Below are positions 11,129-23,740 of a stretch of DNA of 64,000 bases, one piece after another. Made by a program: the position numbers and the translations under genes. The notes beneath the pieces are model-generated. The model was given only the letters and a program-made list of their open reading frames with translations. It did not search any database and was not told the origin of the DNA. Positions within the stretch are counted from its first letter, which is position 1; every line of letters starts with the position of its first letter. The DNA comes from Candidatus Marinacidobacterales bacterium. GTDB taxonomy: Bacteria; Acidobacteriota; Vicinamibacteria; Marinacidobacterales; SMYC01. The DNA is taken from NCBI GenBank assembly GCA_965237955.1, contig OZ250169.1, forward strand, positions 992,001-1,056,000, written 5' to 3'.

Positions 11129-13667
11129 TGCGTATTCCAGCCATCGTGAACGCCGAATCCAGAGCAAGCTGAACAGCGAATCCGGTGAAGCCGAACGCTC
11201 ATCGAAGCGATGAAGTGTTGGGTGACCTCCTTTCCACTGATTGAAAACGTGAACCTATCTTACCTGCGTGTTGTGTAGCAAGGGGCGGCAGGTCGGTGCC
11301 GGAGGGAGCGGGCGTAAGGAAAGACGCGAAGCGACCTTCCCGCTCCCGTAGGCAGCGACCTGCCGCGGCCGAACCCCGGGCGATGTGGGGCTGGTTTCGG
11401 GGGGTTGCTGGGGTATGGCCTGGCTCGAGAAGACGCTTCCTGAGGCATTCTCGCGCGTCGTTTTGGCGCCGCATCGTCTGGTACCCCGGGTTTGGCGGTT
11501 TCACCCGTTTTTATCGCATCGACGCTGTGGTCCCTCGCTCGCTCATGCATCGGCGTTGTCAAATGCCTTTGGCGCAGCCTTGGTCTTTCTCAGAGAAGCT
11601 CCTTTGAGAGTGATGCGGTGCGCGCTGTGGAGAATGCGATCGCAGATAGCGTCTGCCTGGTTTGGGTCGCCAATCGCTTCGTGCCACTGCTTGAGCGGAA
11701 TCTGGGTCGCGATGAGTGTGGAGCCACGCTCGGCGCGGTCTTCGATGACCTCCATTAGATCCCGTCTCTCCGATTCTTTCAGCGGGTGAAGCAGCCAATC
11801 ATCGATAGCCAGTAAGTCCAGCTTGGCGAGTTTCGTCAAAAGCCGGGCGTAGGAACCATCACCACGAGCGACCGCGAGCTCGTGGAGCAAGCGCGGTGCT
11901 CGCACGTAGCATCCGGTGAAGCCGCGACGACAGGCCCGCTCCACGAAGGCGCAAGCCAAGAACGATTTGCCAATCCCCGTCGGGCCGGTGATGAGCAGGT
12001 TATGGCGCTCACCGACAAAGCGGCAGTTGCCCAGGCTCAAGATCTGTTCGCGGTTTAAGCCTCGAGGCGCTTGGAAGTTCACGTTCTCCAAACATGCCGG
12101 ATAGCGGAGCTTTGCCGCTCGCAGTCGTCGAGAAAGCTTACGCTGTTCGCGGGCGGTCCACTCGGCATCGACCAGGAGTCCCACACGTTCCTCGAAGCTC
12201 AGCTCCTTGTATTCGCTCGAGCTCAACTGGGTTTCGAACGCGGACACCAAGCCGAACAACTTCATGGCGTTCATCTTTTCTATCGTTTCGGGTGTCAGCA
12301 TCGGGACTCTCCTCCTTCGTAGTGATCCGCGCCTCGGATGTTCTCGTGCTCCTCTCGCGGTTTCGCTTCGGCGTCCGATTCGAGCACCACACGATCCAGA
12401 CCAGCCGAGAGAATGTTTTTCACCGTGCGATAGCTGTAAGAGCTCAAAGCTTCCGCTCGTGCGCAAGCGGCCTCGAGACGCTCACTGCCCCAGCGGCTGC
12501 CTAGTCGCATGACTCCCAGGCAAGAGCGAAATCCCTGCTCCGGGTGAGGCCGACTCTCTAGAATCCCCGCAACCAGCCTTCCCGTGGCGCGACCTGACTG
12601 CTCCGCCCAGTGGAGCAGCCGCGACGGCGTCCACTCCAGGTGCTCCCGATGCGAACGTGGCATATGCTCCGGGTTCGTGGAGTAGTGCCCCTTTCCTTTC
12701 TTGCGGGGATGCGACGCGACGCGCTTTCCCTTGAACAGGACCTCCACCACCGAGGCCGTCACCCGTGCCTCGACTTTCTCGTGAATGAGCTGATAGGGAA
12801 CGCTGTACAAGTTGTTCTCCACCTCCACGTGGTAGTCGATGTTCACTCTGCACCGCTTCCACGTCGATAACTCGTAGCTCTCCTGCGGTAGCGGTTTCAG
12901 TACGGGCCGGTCTAGCCTTTCGTACAACTCCCGCCGACTCACACCGAGCTTCTGCATCGGACGCGCATTCAGGACCTCTAACTTCTCCCAGATGGCTTCG
13001 TTCAGTTCCGCCAGGCTGAAGAACGTGCGATGACGAAGCACCGCCAGGATCCAGCGCTGCGCCACCTGCACTGCCGACTCCACCTTCGCTTTGTCTTTCG
13101 GCTTGAACACCCGAGCCGGGACCACAACCGCACCGTAATGCGTCGCCATCTCTTCGTACGTCCGGTTGATCCCTGGCTCGTAACGGTCCACCAAATCCAC
13201 GCCGCTCTTCAAGTTGTCCGGAACCCAGATCTCCGTACTGCCACCGAAGTAATCCGACATCCCCTTATGGGCCTTCGCCCACGATTCCAGCGACTGGTTC
13301 AGTGTCGCTTCGACGTAGGTGTAACTGCTCGCGCCCAACGTCCCGACGAACAGCTCCATTTCGACGAGCTCTCCCGTTTTCGGATCGCCGATGTGAGGCT
13401 TCTTCCCCGAAAAATAGACGAATGTCTTCTCGCCTGCTCGATGCCGTTGACGCATCGTCGGGTTCAGCTTCTTCTTCCACTGACCGTACAGCTCGCAATA
13501 ACGGCTGTAGCCGTACGCTCCCGGCTTATTCTCCGCGTACTCCACCCACAGCTGCAGCAACGTCAGCTCTCGGTGACGCCTCAGCTCCTCGTGGATGTGG
13601 GCATAGTCCAGACCCGGCCGTGCGCCAGACGAGCCCGGCGGCGGAAACAGCCCTGCCTCCAGCTCCC
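11129..13667 (-). mobile_element. IS21-family element, 5'-truncated copy (partial istA, intact istB 11543..12298)
   Basis: Near-identical inverted copy of 39123-42065; begins TGCGTATTCC inside an A end (11113-11128); cut by an A end at 13668. Confidence 0.9.
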
Positions 13668-15097
13668 CGTCCTGTGCCAAAACTCAGCCCTTTTGAAATA
13701 GCCTATAAATCAACAGCTTAGCGTCTGTGTTTGCGACCGTGCCAAGGGCTGTAGGCTCTACAATCGTCTTGGGTGGACGGGTCGTCACCATGCAGACGAC
13801 CACCTGGTCGAGAGCGAATATCCAAGCGTGTTCCTGAAGCTGTGTTTCCACGCTACGCCGGTCGAGTCCATCGAGGGGCTACCGTCCCGACCACAATCTA
13901 GGCGGCACGGCAGTAGTAGTTGAGAATGCCTCCAAGTCGCTCTCGCGACACGATGGGGCCAACGTCCTTCGCGCTTGCCGGCAGAGGTATGATGAGCTCG
14001 TTGTCGATGCCTTGGTGGTTCCGTTCGGTGTGATAGTGCACGACGTATTCGGTTACCGCTGTCCGCAGGTGTCCCTCACTGAGAGGTACGAAGCGGTCGA
14101 GACATTCTCGACGTATGGAGAGAACGAATCTTTCCGCGTAGGCGTTCAGATTCGGACTATTAGCGGGAAGTCGGAGGGGCTTCACGCCTGAACCTCTCAA
14201 CAGCCCACGTGCCTCTTCGGTGAATAGCGGGTCCCGGTCGTGGATGAGGTACCGCTTGCCAAGGAGGAAACCATCCCACATGTCAGTGAGGTTTCTTGCT
14301 ACCTGCTTCATCCACTCTCCGTTGGGGTCCGAAGTTATCCCACCGATGCACACGCAGCGAGTGACGATATCGATGACAAACAGGACATGGTAGCGGACGA
14401 GCCCGAACGGGTTCACCACTTCGACGGTGAACAGGTCTGTCGCGGCGATAGCGCCCCCATGAACCTTGATGAAGGTGCTCCACGACATGCTCTTGCCCCT
14501 CTCCGGGGCAGGCGCGATATCGTGCTCGGCGAGGACCCTCTTGATGGTGTTGCGTCCGAGTTCATATCCGAGGTTCTTAAGTGCGCCCTGCAGGCGCGTA
14601 TATCCCCACGTCGGGTTCTCCCGCGCCATGCGTACCATGAGCTCACGGATGTCCTTCGCCGTGGGAGGTCGGCCTGGGCTCCGGTTCTTACTGCCATCGT
14701 ACTTGGCTGCGATGAGGCAGCGATACCAGCGCAGCAGCGTAGAGGGTGTGGCAACGGAGGCAATCTGGGCTAGCACATCACGGCCCAAGGCCTGGGCCTT
14801 GACGGCGAGCCTACGCCGGTCTTCGTCAGAGAGCCTGAGACGCTTGCCCCGAAGCCCGGCTCGGAGCACACGGTTCTCCTCTCGCAGGTAATCAATCACA
14901 TCCTGCTGCTGGCGGTTGACCCAGCCAGCCACAACGAGCAGTAAGAACCGCACGTGGTACGTCATCATGGAGCTGAAGATAACACCCTCGGTCCAGACGA
15001 TTGTAGAGCCTACAGCCCTTGGCCCGGTCGCAAAACACAGACGCTAAGCTGTTGATTTATAGGCTATTTCAAAAGGGCCTAGTTTTGGCACAGGACG
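13668..15097 (-). mobile_element. A-family element copy 2 (diverged)
   Basis: Terminal IRs at both ends; intact 356-aa transposase. Confidence 0.9.
13898..14968 (-). CDS. rve/DDE integrase-core transposase
   Basis: Same motifs as 8497..9576. Confidence 0.9.
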   Translation of the reverse strand: MMTYHVRFLLLVVAGWVNRQQQDVIDYLREENRVLRAGLRGKRLRLSDEDRRRLAVKAQALGRDVLAQIASVATPSTLLRWYRCLIAAKYDGSKNRSPGRPPTAKDIRELMVRMARENPTWGYTRLQGALKNLGYELGRNTIKRVLAEHDIAPAPERGKSMSWSTFIKVHGGAIAATDLFTVEVVNPFGLVRYHVLFVIDIVTRCVCIGGITSDPNGEWMKQVARNLTDMWDGFLLGKRYLIHDRDPLFTEEARGLLRGSGVKPLRLPANSPNLNAYAERFVLSIRRECLDRFVPLSEGHLRTAVTEYVVHYHTERNHQGIDNELIIPLPASAKDVGPIVSRERLGGILNYYCRAA

Positions 15098-15360
15098 GGG
15101 AACCCGAATCGCCGACATCGCCTCCGACACGCCCCAGAACTGGGGCTCGCCACAAGTCGATGACGATCGAAACGGCCCGGCGCGCCAGTCTTGAGTTCGT
15201 TTGTGTTTTTGGACAGGACGCGCAAGCACCAGGCTTGTGCCTTCTATCTATTCATCCGCGCGCACCGAACTTGATTAGTCTCCGGTCTGCCGGCACCATG
15301 ACGAGCTCGCTAATCTCGGCCATGACCCGGGTGTGATCCGCAAAAAAGAAGATCGCGTAT
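15098..15360. repeat. Stack of solo ends: D (ends 15220), C (15236), B-internal scrap, E (15332)
   Basis: Each piece matches other copies in the window. Confidence 0.8.
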
Positions 15361-15570
15361 CGACGGCCAGACAACCATGAGAGCGATGTCCTGCGAACTC
15401 GTCTTCACCTCGGTGGAGCTTCTGCACGCTTTCGCCGTCGGTTCATCGACGCAATAACGTTCTGGGAAAAGAACGCGTTGGTCGCCACGAGAACCTAGCT
15501 CCGTCAGGCGACGCGTGCCAACCGCGTGAGGTCAAAATACTCATGCGGCTTCCCGTTTGAAGCCGATATC

Positions 15571-16050
15571 TCAGTCGGGTCGATGCCGTCCCGTCATGGC
15601 CCTGCCAACCAGACTCCAGTTCGCGATCGCCGATTCTCCAGCGGCCGAACCGGCATGTGGGAATTCAGCGTATCTGCCAAGCAACAGCACGTCAATCAGG
15701 TACGAAATCAACCGCGCGTCCCTGTCGTCATCCGTCTTCTCGTACTGCCGACGGTCTCGATTCACGTCCGCCTGAATCATCCTCCAGGCGTCCCCATCTG
15801 CGGCGAAACGTACGACGTAAATGCAGAACCCGGTCCAACTCCGATGGAAGAACAACGCGTCATCCTTCCAGTAGATGAACCACTTGTCTTCCATGACCTC
15901 GGGTATCATTCCCTGGCGGATATGGTCCATTTCCTCACGCGAGAACACTCGGTCGAGCGTGACGGACGCTCTGCGCGCAGGCAGATCCTTGGTCTTCCAT
16001 GCACTCGGGACCGCTGTTCTCACGTGCGTCCTCTTTTCGCTCCTTCCCAC
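15571..16050 (-). CDS. Conserved hypothetical protein (MEDKWFIY..FHRSWTG motif)
   Basis: 159-aa ORF with a recognisable conserved motif. Confidence 0.65.
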   Translation of the reverse strand: MGRSEKRTHVRTAVPSAWKTKDLPARRASVTLDRVFSREEMDHIRQGMIPEVMEDKWFIYWKDDALFFHRSWTGFCIYVVRFAADGDAWRMIQADVNRDRRQYEKTDDDRDARLISYLIDVLLLGRYAEFPHAGSAAGESAIANWSLVGRAMTGRHRPD

Positions 16051-16097
16051 TCTGTGTCGATTTTGCCCGTCCCGGGACGTCCCAGTCCAGAGCCGCC

Positions 16098-16387
16098 TGT
16101 GATCCTCAAGAAAGAAGATCGCTTCGGCCTGCCTGTGTCGGCGTGCACACGAAGAGGTCCCTGAACGTCAGGCACCGCGTGGTCAGCCCAGCCAGCATCG
16201 ACGGAAGAACTGCGCCTCTAGAAATCAGGCTCAAACTCCAGCACGCGAACGGGTTACGCGGAGGCCGCCAACATTTGACTGCGGAAGCACCCATCGGTGG
16301 CGTCGTCGGGTCGACCGGCGTGAAGCAGTCGATCACGCCAAGTCTATACCGCGCAATCAACGCTGGATTGATTTTTTGCGGAGCACA
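16098..16387. mobile_element. E-family MITE, long form (about 290 bp)
   Basis: TGTGATCCTCAAGAAAG...TTTTTTGCGGAGCACA; internal segment recurs at 36782-36880 (reverse) and 52883-52987. Confidence 0.75.
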
Positions 16388-16650
16388 GCTCATCGGGAAA
16401 ACCGGCTCGAGCGGATTCTTCAGCAACTCGTCTACCCGAAGCTGCTCATCCTCGACGAGCTTGGCTACCTCCCCCTCAATCGCAAGGAAGCCAGTCTCTT
16501 CTTCGGGCTTCTCGTCCGCCGTTACGAACGCGCTGGCCTCGTCGTCACCAGCAACAAGAGCTTCCTCGACTGGGGCGAGATCTTCAACGACCAGGTCTTG
16601 GTGACGGCCATTCTCGACCGGCTGCTCCACCGTGCCATAACCCGTGACGT
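16388..16650 (+). pseudogene. istB: istB fragment from a second IS21 type
   Basis: LLILDELGYLP..VVTSNK..WGEIF..AILDRLLH. Confidence 0.8.
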
Positions 16651-16822
16651 CAAAATACTCATGCGGCTCCCCGATGGTAGAGACGTAGCAACCCGCCAAG
16701 CCGTTCACGGGAGCGTACCTTGCGCTCGGACTGAGGTAACTGGTCGCTGGCTGGCAACAGCAGCAGATCCTCCTTGCCTTGATGATTCCTCTCGTGGTGA
16801 TGATAAGACGACCTACTCTCTA

Positions 16823-17280
16823 AAGCTCACGGATGTCCTTCGCCGTCGGAGGTCGGCCTGGGCTCCGGTTCTTGCTGCCATCGTACTTGGCTGCGATGAG
16901 GTGGCGGTACCAGCGCAGAAGCGTAGCGGGTGTGGCAACGGACGCAATCTGGGCCAGCGCCTCGCGGCCCAAAGCCTGGGCCTTGACCGCGAGCCTGCGC
17001 CGGTCGTCGTCCGCGAGACTGAGACGCTTGCCCCGAAGCCCGGCTCGGAGCACACGGTTCTCCTCTTGCAGGTAGTCGATCACATCCTGCTGCTGGCGGT
17101 TGGCCCAGCCAGCTAGAACGAGCAGTAGGAATTGCACGTGGTACGTCATCATGGATCTGAAGATAACACCCTCGGGCCAGACGATTGTAAAGCCTACGGC
17201 CCTTGGCCCGGTCGCAAACACAGACACTAAGCTGCTGATTTATGGCCTATTTCAAAAGGGCCGAGTTTTGGCACAGGACG
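16823..17280 (-). mobile_element. Truncated A-family element (5' end plus transposase N-terminus)
   Basis: Matches 33787-34244. Confidence 0.9.
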
Positions 17281-17329
17281 GGATGATGCCGGGCCCTGCT
17301 GGGCTCGTGGAGGCTGAAGGACGGAGCGG

Positions 17330-18261
17330 CGCTTGGTAGCCGAGGCCGGCGAACTCCAGGGAGGCGTCGAACGGCATGACCCCATCGGCCTGTACCGGTG
17401 CGTGGCTGCGGATCAGGTTCCAGGTTGCAACGTCGTCGACATCGTCGAATCTGGCCCAGCGCAGCGCCACGCCGACCGACGTGCGCTCGCTCAACGAGTA
17501 ATCGACGCCGGCCAGCAGTTGGAACCCGAAGATGTTCTTGCCCACCTTCGTATCCATGATGCTGGCGGTGCCTGCGGCGGCGCGTTTAGCGTCGGCCGGC
17601 CAGTCCGGGTCGAAGTCGATCTGCAAATACTCCGCCTCCGGTTTGCGGATGAACTGCGCGTAGTAGCTCAACTCCGTCACGGCCCACCCGATGCCAATGC
17701 CCGCGTATGGCGTCCAGTTGGATTCGTTGAGAAAGTCGTAGTACGCGTTGGCAAAGATCTGGTGCGCCTTGTAATCTCCAATCCTTTCGAAGGGCGGCTC
17801 GTCACTGCTCCACTCCGAGTTCTTGCCTTGAAGCGCCGTGCTGGTCGTGCCCCCAAGCGGCGACGTGTCGTCACCCATGTACCGGTAAAGGTATTCCACC
17901 TCGAACCGGAGCCTGCCGAACATGTAACCGACCGTCAAGCCGCTGACGAGACCGGTGCCCGGGTCGAACTCGTTGGATATGATTACCGCAGGCGTGTTGT
18001 CGCGGCACGCCGCATCGTCGACTGGCGGACTCACCGATGGCGGGTACAGGAGCACGTCGCAGCGCGTCGGGTGGTTGATCCCACCGAGAGATGAGGTCAC
18101 GACGGAAGAGTTCGCGATGCCCATCTGAAGGCCAGCGTAAAGGCCAGCGCGATCTTGCTGGGCGCTGGCGGGGATACCGGCCAGCGCAACGCACGGCACG
18201 GCGACGAGGACGCCGCGCAGCAAAAAGTCAAGCTTGTTAGGTTTCAATCTGCTTTTACTCA
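17330..18261 (-). CDS. Outer-membrane beta-barrel (opacity/porin-like) protein, C-terminus clipped
   Basis: Signal peptide, RFEVEY, FANAYYDF..WTPYAGIGIG, FQLLAGVDY; no terminal aromatic strand. Confidence 0.7.
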
Positions 18262-18789
18262 TGCGGCTAGGCCGCGATTCCTCATGCTCCAAACAGTACA
18301 GGACGGCAGCTAGATTGCCGCCGTGTGACCTGCCCCCTCGGTTAGTACCACGTTGTATCTCAGTCATTCGGTGTTGACAAGGGCTGGTTGAAGCCGGCAG
18401 AGCGGAGCCGGTTTCAACCAAATCGTTTCGGGCGCCGGCGGTCGGTTACCCTTAATTTGGGAATTATAACTAACGGTTGACAAAGCCTCCTGGATTGGGT
18501 CAGCGTGGGCTACCCATCGTCAAGGCGGATTCCGTCAACGGATTCGAGCCAAGCTGCGACACCTACCTGTTCAAGATGGAGGGGGAAATCGTTGCCGTCA
18601 TTCCGAAGGCGAACGTTCTTTCTGTCGAGAAGGTCGCCTCGGACGACGACGACTGACCTCAACGTCACTCTTGCTGACAACGGTTTTAGCTCGGGCCTGC
18701 CGTCGGCGTAGAGGCCGCAGCAGAGCAAGGGCAAGATCCTCCGGCGTCGCGTCGCCGTAATCCGGTCGCTTTCGCATCGGCTATATTCT

Positions 18790-19074
18790 TCATTTCTTCC
18801 TACATTCTACCAAAATGAGTGACCGCGCCTCGTCGGGAGTGAGGCCAAGTTTTCCAAGGAAGGGAGGTTTGGATTTCAGTAGTATCTCCGCTGTTTCGTC
18901 GCAGGAATAGTTAAGATCCGAGGTCAAATACTTATAACACTTACCAATAAACTCCAGCGCTTTGCGCTCGCGCTCTCTTTTGTCAGCCTTCGCGAAGTCT
19001 TCATCGGTTTGCCTCCTATCAAACTCCCGATCTAGCTCGGCCATGTATTCCTCTAAGCCGGTTTTCCGTTTCAC
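18790..19074 (-). CDS. Hypothetical protein
   Basis: 94-aa ORF with AGGAGG RBS. Confidence 0.5.
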   Translation of the reverse strand: MKRKTGLEEYMAELDREFDRRQTDEDFAKADKRERERKALEFIGKCYKYLTSDLNYSCDETAEILLKSKPPFLGKLGLTPDEARSLILVECRKK

Positions 19075-19136
19075 CTTCGTATCCTCCTGGAATCAGGTCT
19101 TATCTACAATCCCGCTACGCTTCTAGCGTAAATACC

Positions 19137-19502
19137 TGTGCCTTCTATTTATTCATCCGCGCGCACCGAACTTGATTAGTCTCCGGTCTGCCGGGACCAT
19201 GCTGGCATGATTTCGTCGTTTGTTCGCGCTCTCGTCTCTAGAGGACCTAGAATCAAGGCCGGGGCTACCGCGGCGCAGCGGGCTAGCACGTTCTGGTCCA
19301 GGTGCAGCCCGGGCCTGGACCCAGGTTTCCGCTCGGGAGCGTGGCATCCCCTTGCTGGACGGTATTTTCCCTGCGCGTACGGAGAACTCGAATCGCCGAC
19401 ATCGCCTCCGACCCCCAGATCTTGAGCTCGCCACGGGTTGATGACGATCGAAACGGCCCCGGCGCGCCGATCTTGAGTTCGTTTGTGTTTTTGGACACAA
19501 CG
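19137..19502. mobile_element. Hybrid non-autonomous element (C end + D end)
   Basis: TGTGCCTTCTATTT...TTTTTGGACACAACG; no ORF. Confidence 0.7.
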
Positions 19503-19632
19503 CGCACGCTGCGTGCGATGTGGCGGGGGCTGGAAACGGACTTACGGTGCGGCTAGTGAGGCACTCCCACAGGAAACGGGGAGAAACAGATAGGCCGCGC
19601 CTACGGAGCACCGCGCCAGCCCTCGACCCTAC
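19503..19632 (+). ncRNA. Group II intron 3' remnant (half of domain V plus domain VI)
   Basis: GCACGCTGCGTGCGATGTGGCGGGGGCTGGAAACG...GCGCCAGCCCTCGACCCTAC; AY terminus. Confidence 0.7.
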
Positions 19633-19872
19633 CGAGATCGCCGTATCGACGCTACGTCCGCCGCTAACACGGAAGCACCCCTGGGAGAGTTGCACGCGTA
19701 GATGCCAAGTCTAATGTCAGTGGCGGCGGTCCCTGATCGCTCTGACCCATGTGTCCAAGGTGTTGATGTCTGCTTTTAATTCATCAGGCTCTGGCACGGG
19801 CACGTTCTCGGCGGGTGACTGGTCGTGTCCGGGAAGCCATCTCGATGACTTTGTCATTCCCGAATGAAAAAT

Positions 19873-21625
19873 GGTTCTCCTGTCGTTTCGGGGGATCTGA
19901 TTTGTGTTGGAGGGCATGGCCTATGGACGCTGCCGCGATTGTGGAAAACGCCGGAAACTCCGGGCGAGAGAGGCGTTTAGGGAAAGGTTGTGAGCACGTA
20001 CAAACGTGGAGCGGCGTTTTCCACAATCGCTTGGAAAACGCTTCGCGTTTCCCACGAGCGCCCACAGGCCCCTCCTGATATATATACAAGAAAGATTAAT
20101 TCATATGGAATAAGGAAGGGGGGGCTCGATTAGTGGAGGCTATGGAAAACGCCCTTCCAGGCTTCGAAGAGAACTCAGTCGTGAGCAAGGTCTGAACGAC
20201 CAGAACCGTGGGGGCGTTTCCCACAGCCTCGTCTCCCGCTGAGGGGCAGTGGCATTTGGTGAGGCCCGTGGGTTGAGAGGGTAAGCCATGTGTAGATGCG
20301 CATCGGCGAGAACGCTAGAATCTTTTTTTCCGAAAGAGAAAAGAGCGTTCCCGCGATGCGCGTTACTACGTTAGTCAACAAGCTCATCGGATTGCAAGGC
20401 CTGTGGGTCCGAGGTTTCCACTTCCAGGCGGACAAAGCCAGAGTGGTGGTGGATGTAGTACCACGGAGGAGGAAGCCTCTGTGCGGGATTTGCGGACGAA
20501 AGGTCCGCAAGAACAAAGATCGCTACAATCGCTACTGGCGGCACTTGGACCTGTTCGGAGTCCGGACCTATCTTCGCTACTCGATCCGACGAGTGGTATG
20601 TCGGCGGTGTGGAGTGGTCAGAGAAAAGGTGCCTTGGGCAGACAAGGGAAGCCGCTTTACCAAAAGCTTCGAACAAGAGGTAGCGTGGCTGGCACAGAGG
20701 ACGGACGTCAGCGCCGTAGCGAACTATTTCCGAGTGACGTGGCGTTCGGTGCGACGGATCATCCAGCGAGTGGTTGCCGAGCAGCGGGATGAGCGGCGCG
20801 AGCTCGATGGATTGCGGGTGATTGGGATGGACGAGATCAGCTACCGCAAACGCCACAAGTACTTAACAGTGGTAATAGACCATCTCAGCGGCCGGGTCGT
20901 CTGAGCGGGAAAGGAGCGCAAGGCCAAGACGCTGCTGCGGTTTTTCCGCAAGCTCGGACAGCCGCGGAGCTCGAAGCGGTCAGCATGGACATGCACAAAG
21001 AGCCGCGGAGCTCGAAGCGGTCAGCATGGACATGTGGGAGCCGTACATAACTGTCGTCGGCAAAAAGGCTCCTCAGGCACGGGTGATCTTTGACCGCTTC
21101 CACATCGTCAAGCATCTGAACGAGGCCGTGGATAAGACCCGGCGCGAGCTGGTGCGCGAGCTCAAAGGGACTGCCCGGCGCAACCTCAAGAACACCAAGT
21201 TTCCCCTTCTCAAGGCCAAACACAACCGCAGCGCGAAAGACAAACGGGTGCTCCGCGAGCAGGTGCGAGCTAATCGTCGCCTCTACCGCGCCATGCTTCT
21301 GCGCGACGACTTCATGGACCTCTACACCTACAAAACCGAGACATGGGCCAAGAAGTTTCTCCGAGGATGGCTGCGGCGCGCTATGAGCTCGAGGATAGAG
21401 CCCGTCAAACGCGCGGCGAAGATGATCCGCAGCCACTTCGATGGCGTCATCGCGTGGGTCACGTGGAGACTCAGCAACGGCCGACTCGAAGGAATGAACA
21501 ACAAAATCCGGCTGCTGAGCCACCGCAGCTTTGGACTCCACTCTGCCGAAGCTCTCATCAGTCTCGTCTACCTAAACTGTGGCGGTCTCACCCTCGAGAG
21601 GATCCACTGAAATGGCAGGAGAGGC
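19873..21625 (+). mobile_element. ISL3-family element with broken transposase (20296..21610)
   Basis: IRs GGTTCTCCTGTCGTTTC / GAAATGGCAGGAGAGGC; 8-bp TSD TGAAAAAT; GMDE, SMDM, DRFH, NGRLEGMN; stop at 20902 and a tandem duplication near 20960-21034. Confidence 0.9.
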
Positions 21626-23740
21626 TGAAAAATAGCGCAGTCGTCTTTCGTGATATCAGATAGGTGCTTTATTTGTTGGGTTTGGATGGTACGTCGGTAA
21701 CGCTGCACGACGCCACCGAGCATTATTTCTTCCAGAGCGCGTTCCCACGCTTCTCGAAGCAGGCCGTAAACATATTTGGCTTCGTGGTCGTAGCGGTCGC
21801 GATGGGCAGTCCGGAAGAGCTTTTCAGCATCCTGCCACTTCTTGTTAAGAGTCCCGATCCGAGCTTTGACGTTCATCGCGATCCACGGAAGATCCGAAGA
21901 GGACATACCAGCGCCGAGGTGTTCTCTACGCAGGTACTGGTGCTGAGGCTGTGTACCCACCTCGTCGGCGTTCGTGACCAGTGCAACTAGGAAGGTTACG
22001 TCGTGAGTGAAGACAACGACTTGACGTAGCTTCGCTTCAGCAGTGAGACGCCTGGCAACGTTTTCTCGCCAGTTATGGTCAAGTGACGACACGGGATCAT
22101 CGAAGAGGATTGCCGAGCGATCCGAGGAGGTGCTGAGTTCGGCGAAGAACGCGGCGATCGATAGTGTGCGGGCTTCCCCCTCACTTACGACGCGCGGGAG
22201 TTCGACGCCTGTGGCGCGCTTCAGGACGAGTTTGTGATAAAGGGCACCCCTTACCCCTCCGGCCTCCTGAAGGTTCACCTCCAGGTGTGTAAATTTGAAG
22301 TTCGCTAATTCATCCTGAAAGCAGGTGTTTGGTGACAGCAGCTTTGGTAACCTCGCTGCTTTTTAGCGTAATGGCCCTCGTATTGGTGTCTTTTCGACAG
22401 AGTTCATAGGCGGCAAGTTTCATTTGCCTTTCGATCTCATTCAAGACGGTGTCGATGTTGTTGCCAAGCGTCGCTCTGTCCTCAAGCTCTCGTAGGTCTT
22501 TAAGGAGTCGGTCTTTCACGTATGGATCGACGCTCTTGAGGACTTCTGTTGCGCGTTCGCGCAAGCTGTTGGCTGCGGCGCTTACGCTGGTCGGATCTAA
22601 AGTGAGAACGGGAAGGTTGTTTGGAACAGGCCTCCCCTCAGCAAGCGCGGTCAGGGCCTGCGCTCGTCGATCCTCGGTGGCAGACAGGCCATCCTCCATA
22701 GAGGCAGCAAGCTGCCCAGTGTCGATCTGGAGTTCTTCGAGCGTCATGGCGGTTGTGCGACCCCTGACAACGACGCTGTCGATGGACTGATGTAGGTCGC
22801 CGTAGTCTGAGATTGCTCGATCGAGTTTTTGCTGGAGAGTGGAGTTGACAGAGTCCGCGAATTGCTGCAGCCGCTCGGGAGCGCCGTTGCGGAGAGCCTG
22901 TTGGCAGAGCAGACATTTAGCGTCGGTAACGGGGAACTGTTTGTCCGGATAGACCTCCGCAGTAGAAAAATGCCGGGCTGCTTCCCACATGGCGCGCCAC
23001 AGGTCCGACCCACTGCCGGGGAGCAGTCCAGCAGAGAAGGTCTTGGTGTGGAGAGTCTCCACAGCGTTCCGAAAGCTCTCAACCATATCCCGAGCCTCAA
23101 AGACGGAATTGATGGTCACATCCGAGAGAACCGTTGTGAGATTCTCAAGGTCGGAAGTAAGCGTGTCGAGCCGCTGTGCACGGAGGGTCAGAGCCCTCGC
23201 TGTTTTCTTGGGATCACCGGACTCAAGGTCCTTCAATCGGAGCCGGAGCTGACCCTGGCGTTCCTTCTCGGCTTCAGAGAGGTTTGCTAGCATCCTGACG
23301 TCGTCGGGTTTGGTTAAGGACGACAGGTGAGACACAAGCTCGTAGGTGGCTGTTCCCTCCGACAACTTGGGAAGGTCGGTCGGCTTTTCCAGTAATGATC
23401 GTTCCTTCTCGATGGATGTCCTGACGTCCTCGCAAGCTTTGGATAGCTTGTCGAAGATATCCAGGCCAAAAGGCCGGAATGCCACGTCAGTTTTCTCACG
23501 CAAGTAAACCGAGGCGCAATGGCGATCGAAGACGCTGACGTTGCCAAGAGCATGTTGCGCGACATCTCGGTCACTCCACTCCTGGGATTTTTCTTTATCG
23601 CCTACCTTGAACCGGATGGTTGCCGACGGGCGACCTGGGGTCGAGGTGGCCAAGACGTTGCCGAGAATCTCCTCGGCTCCGCGGGCACGGCAAGCACGTT
23701 TCAGGATTCGGGTATAGCCGGATTTCCCCGCAGCGTTGGC

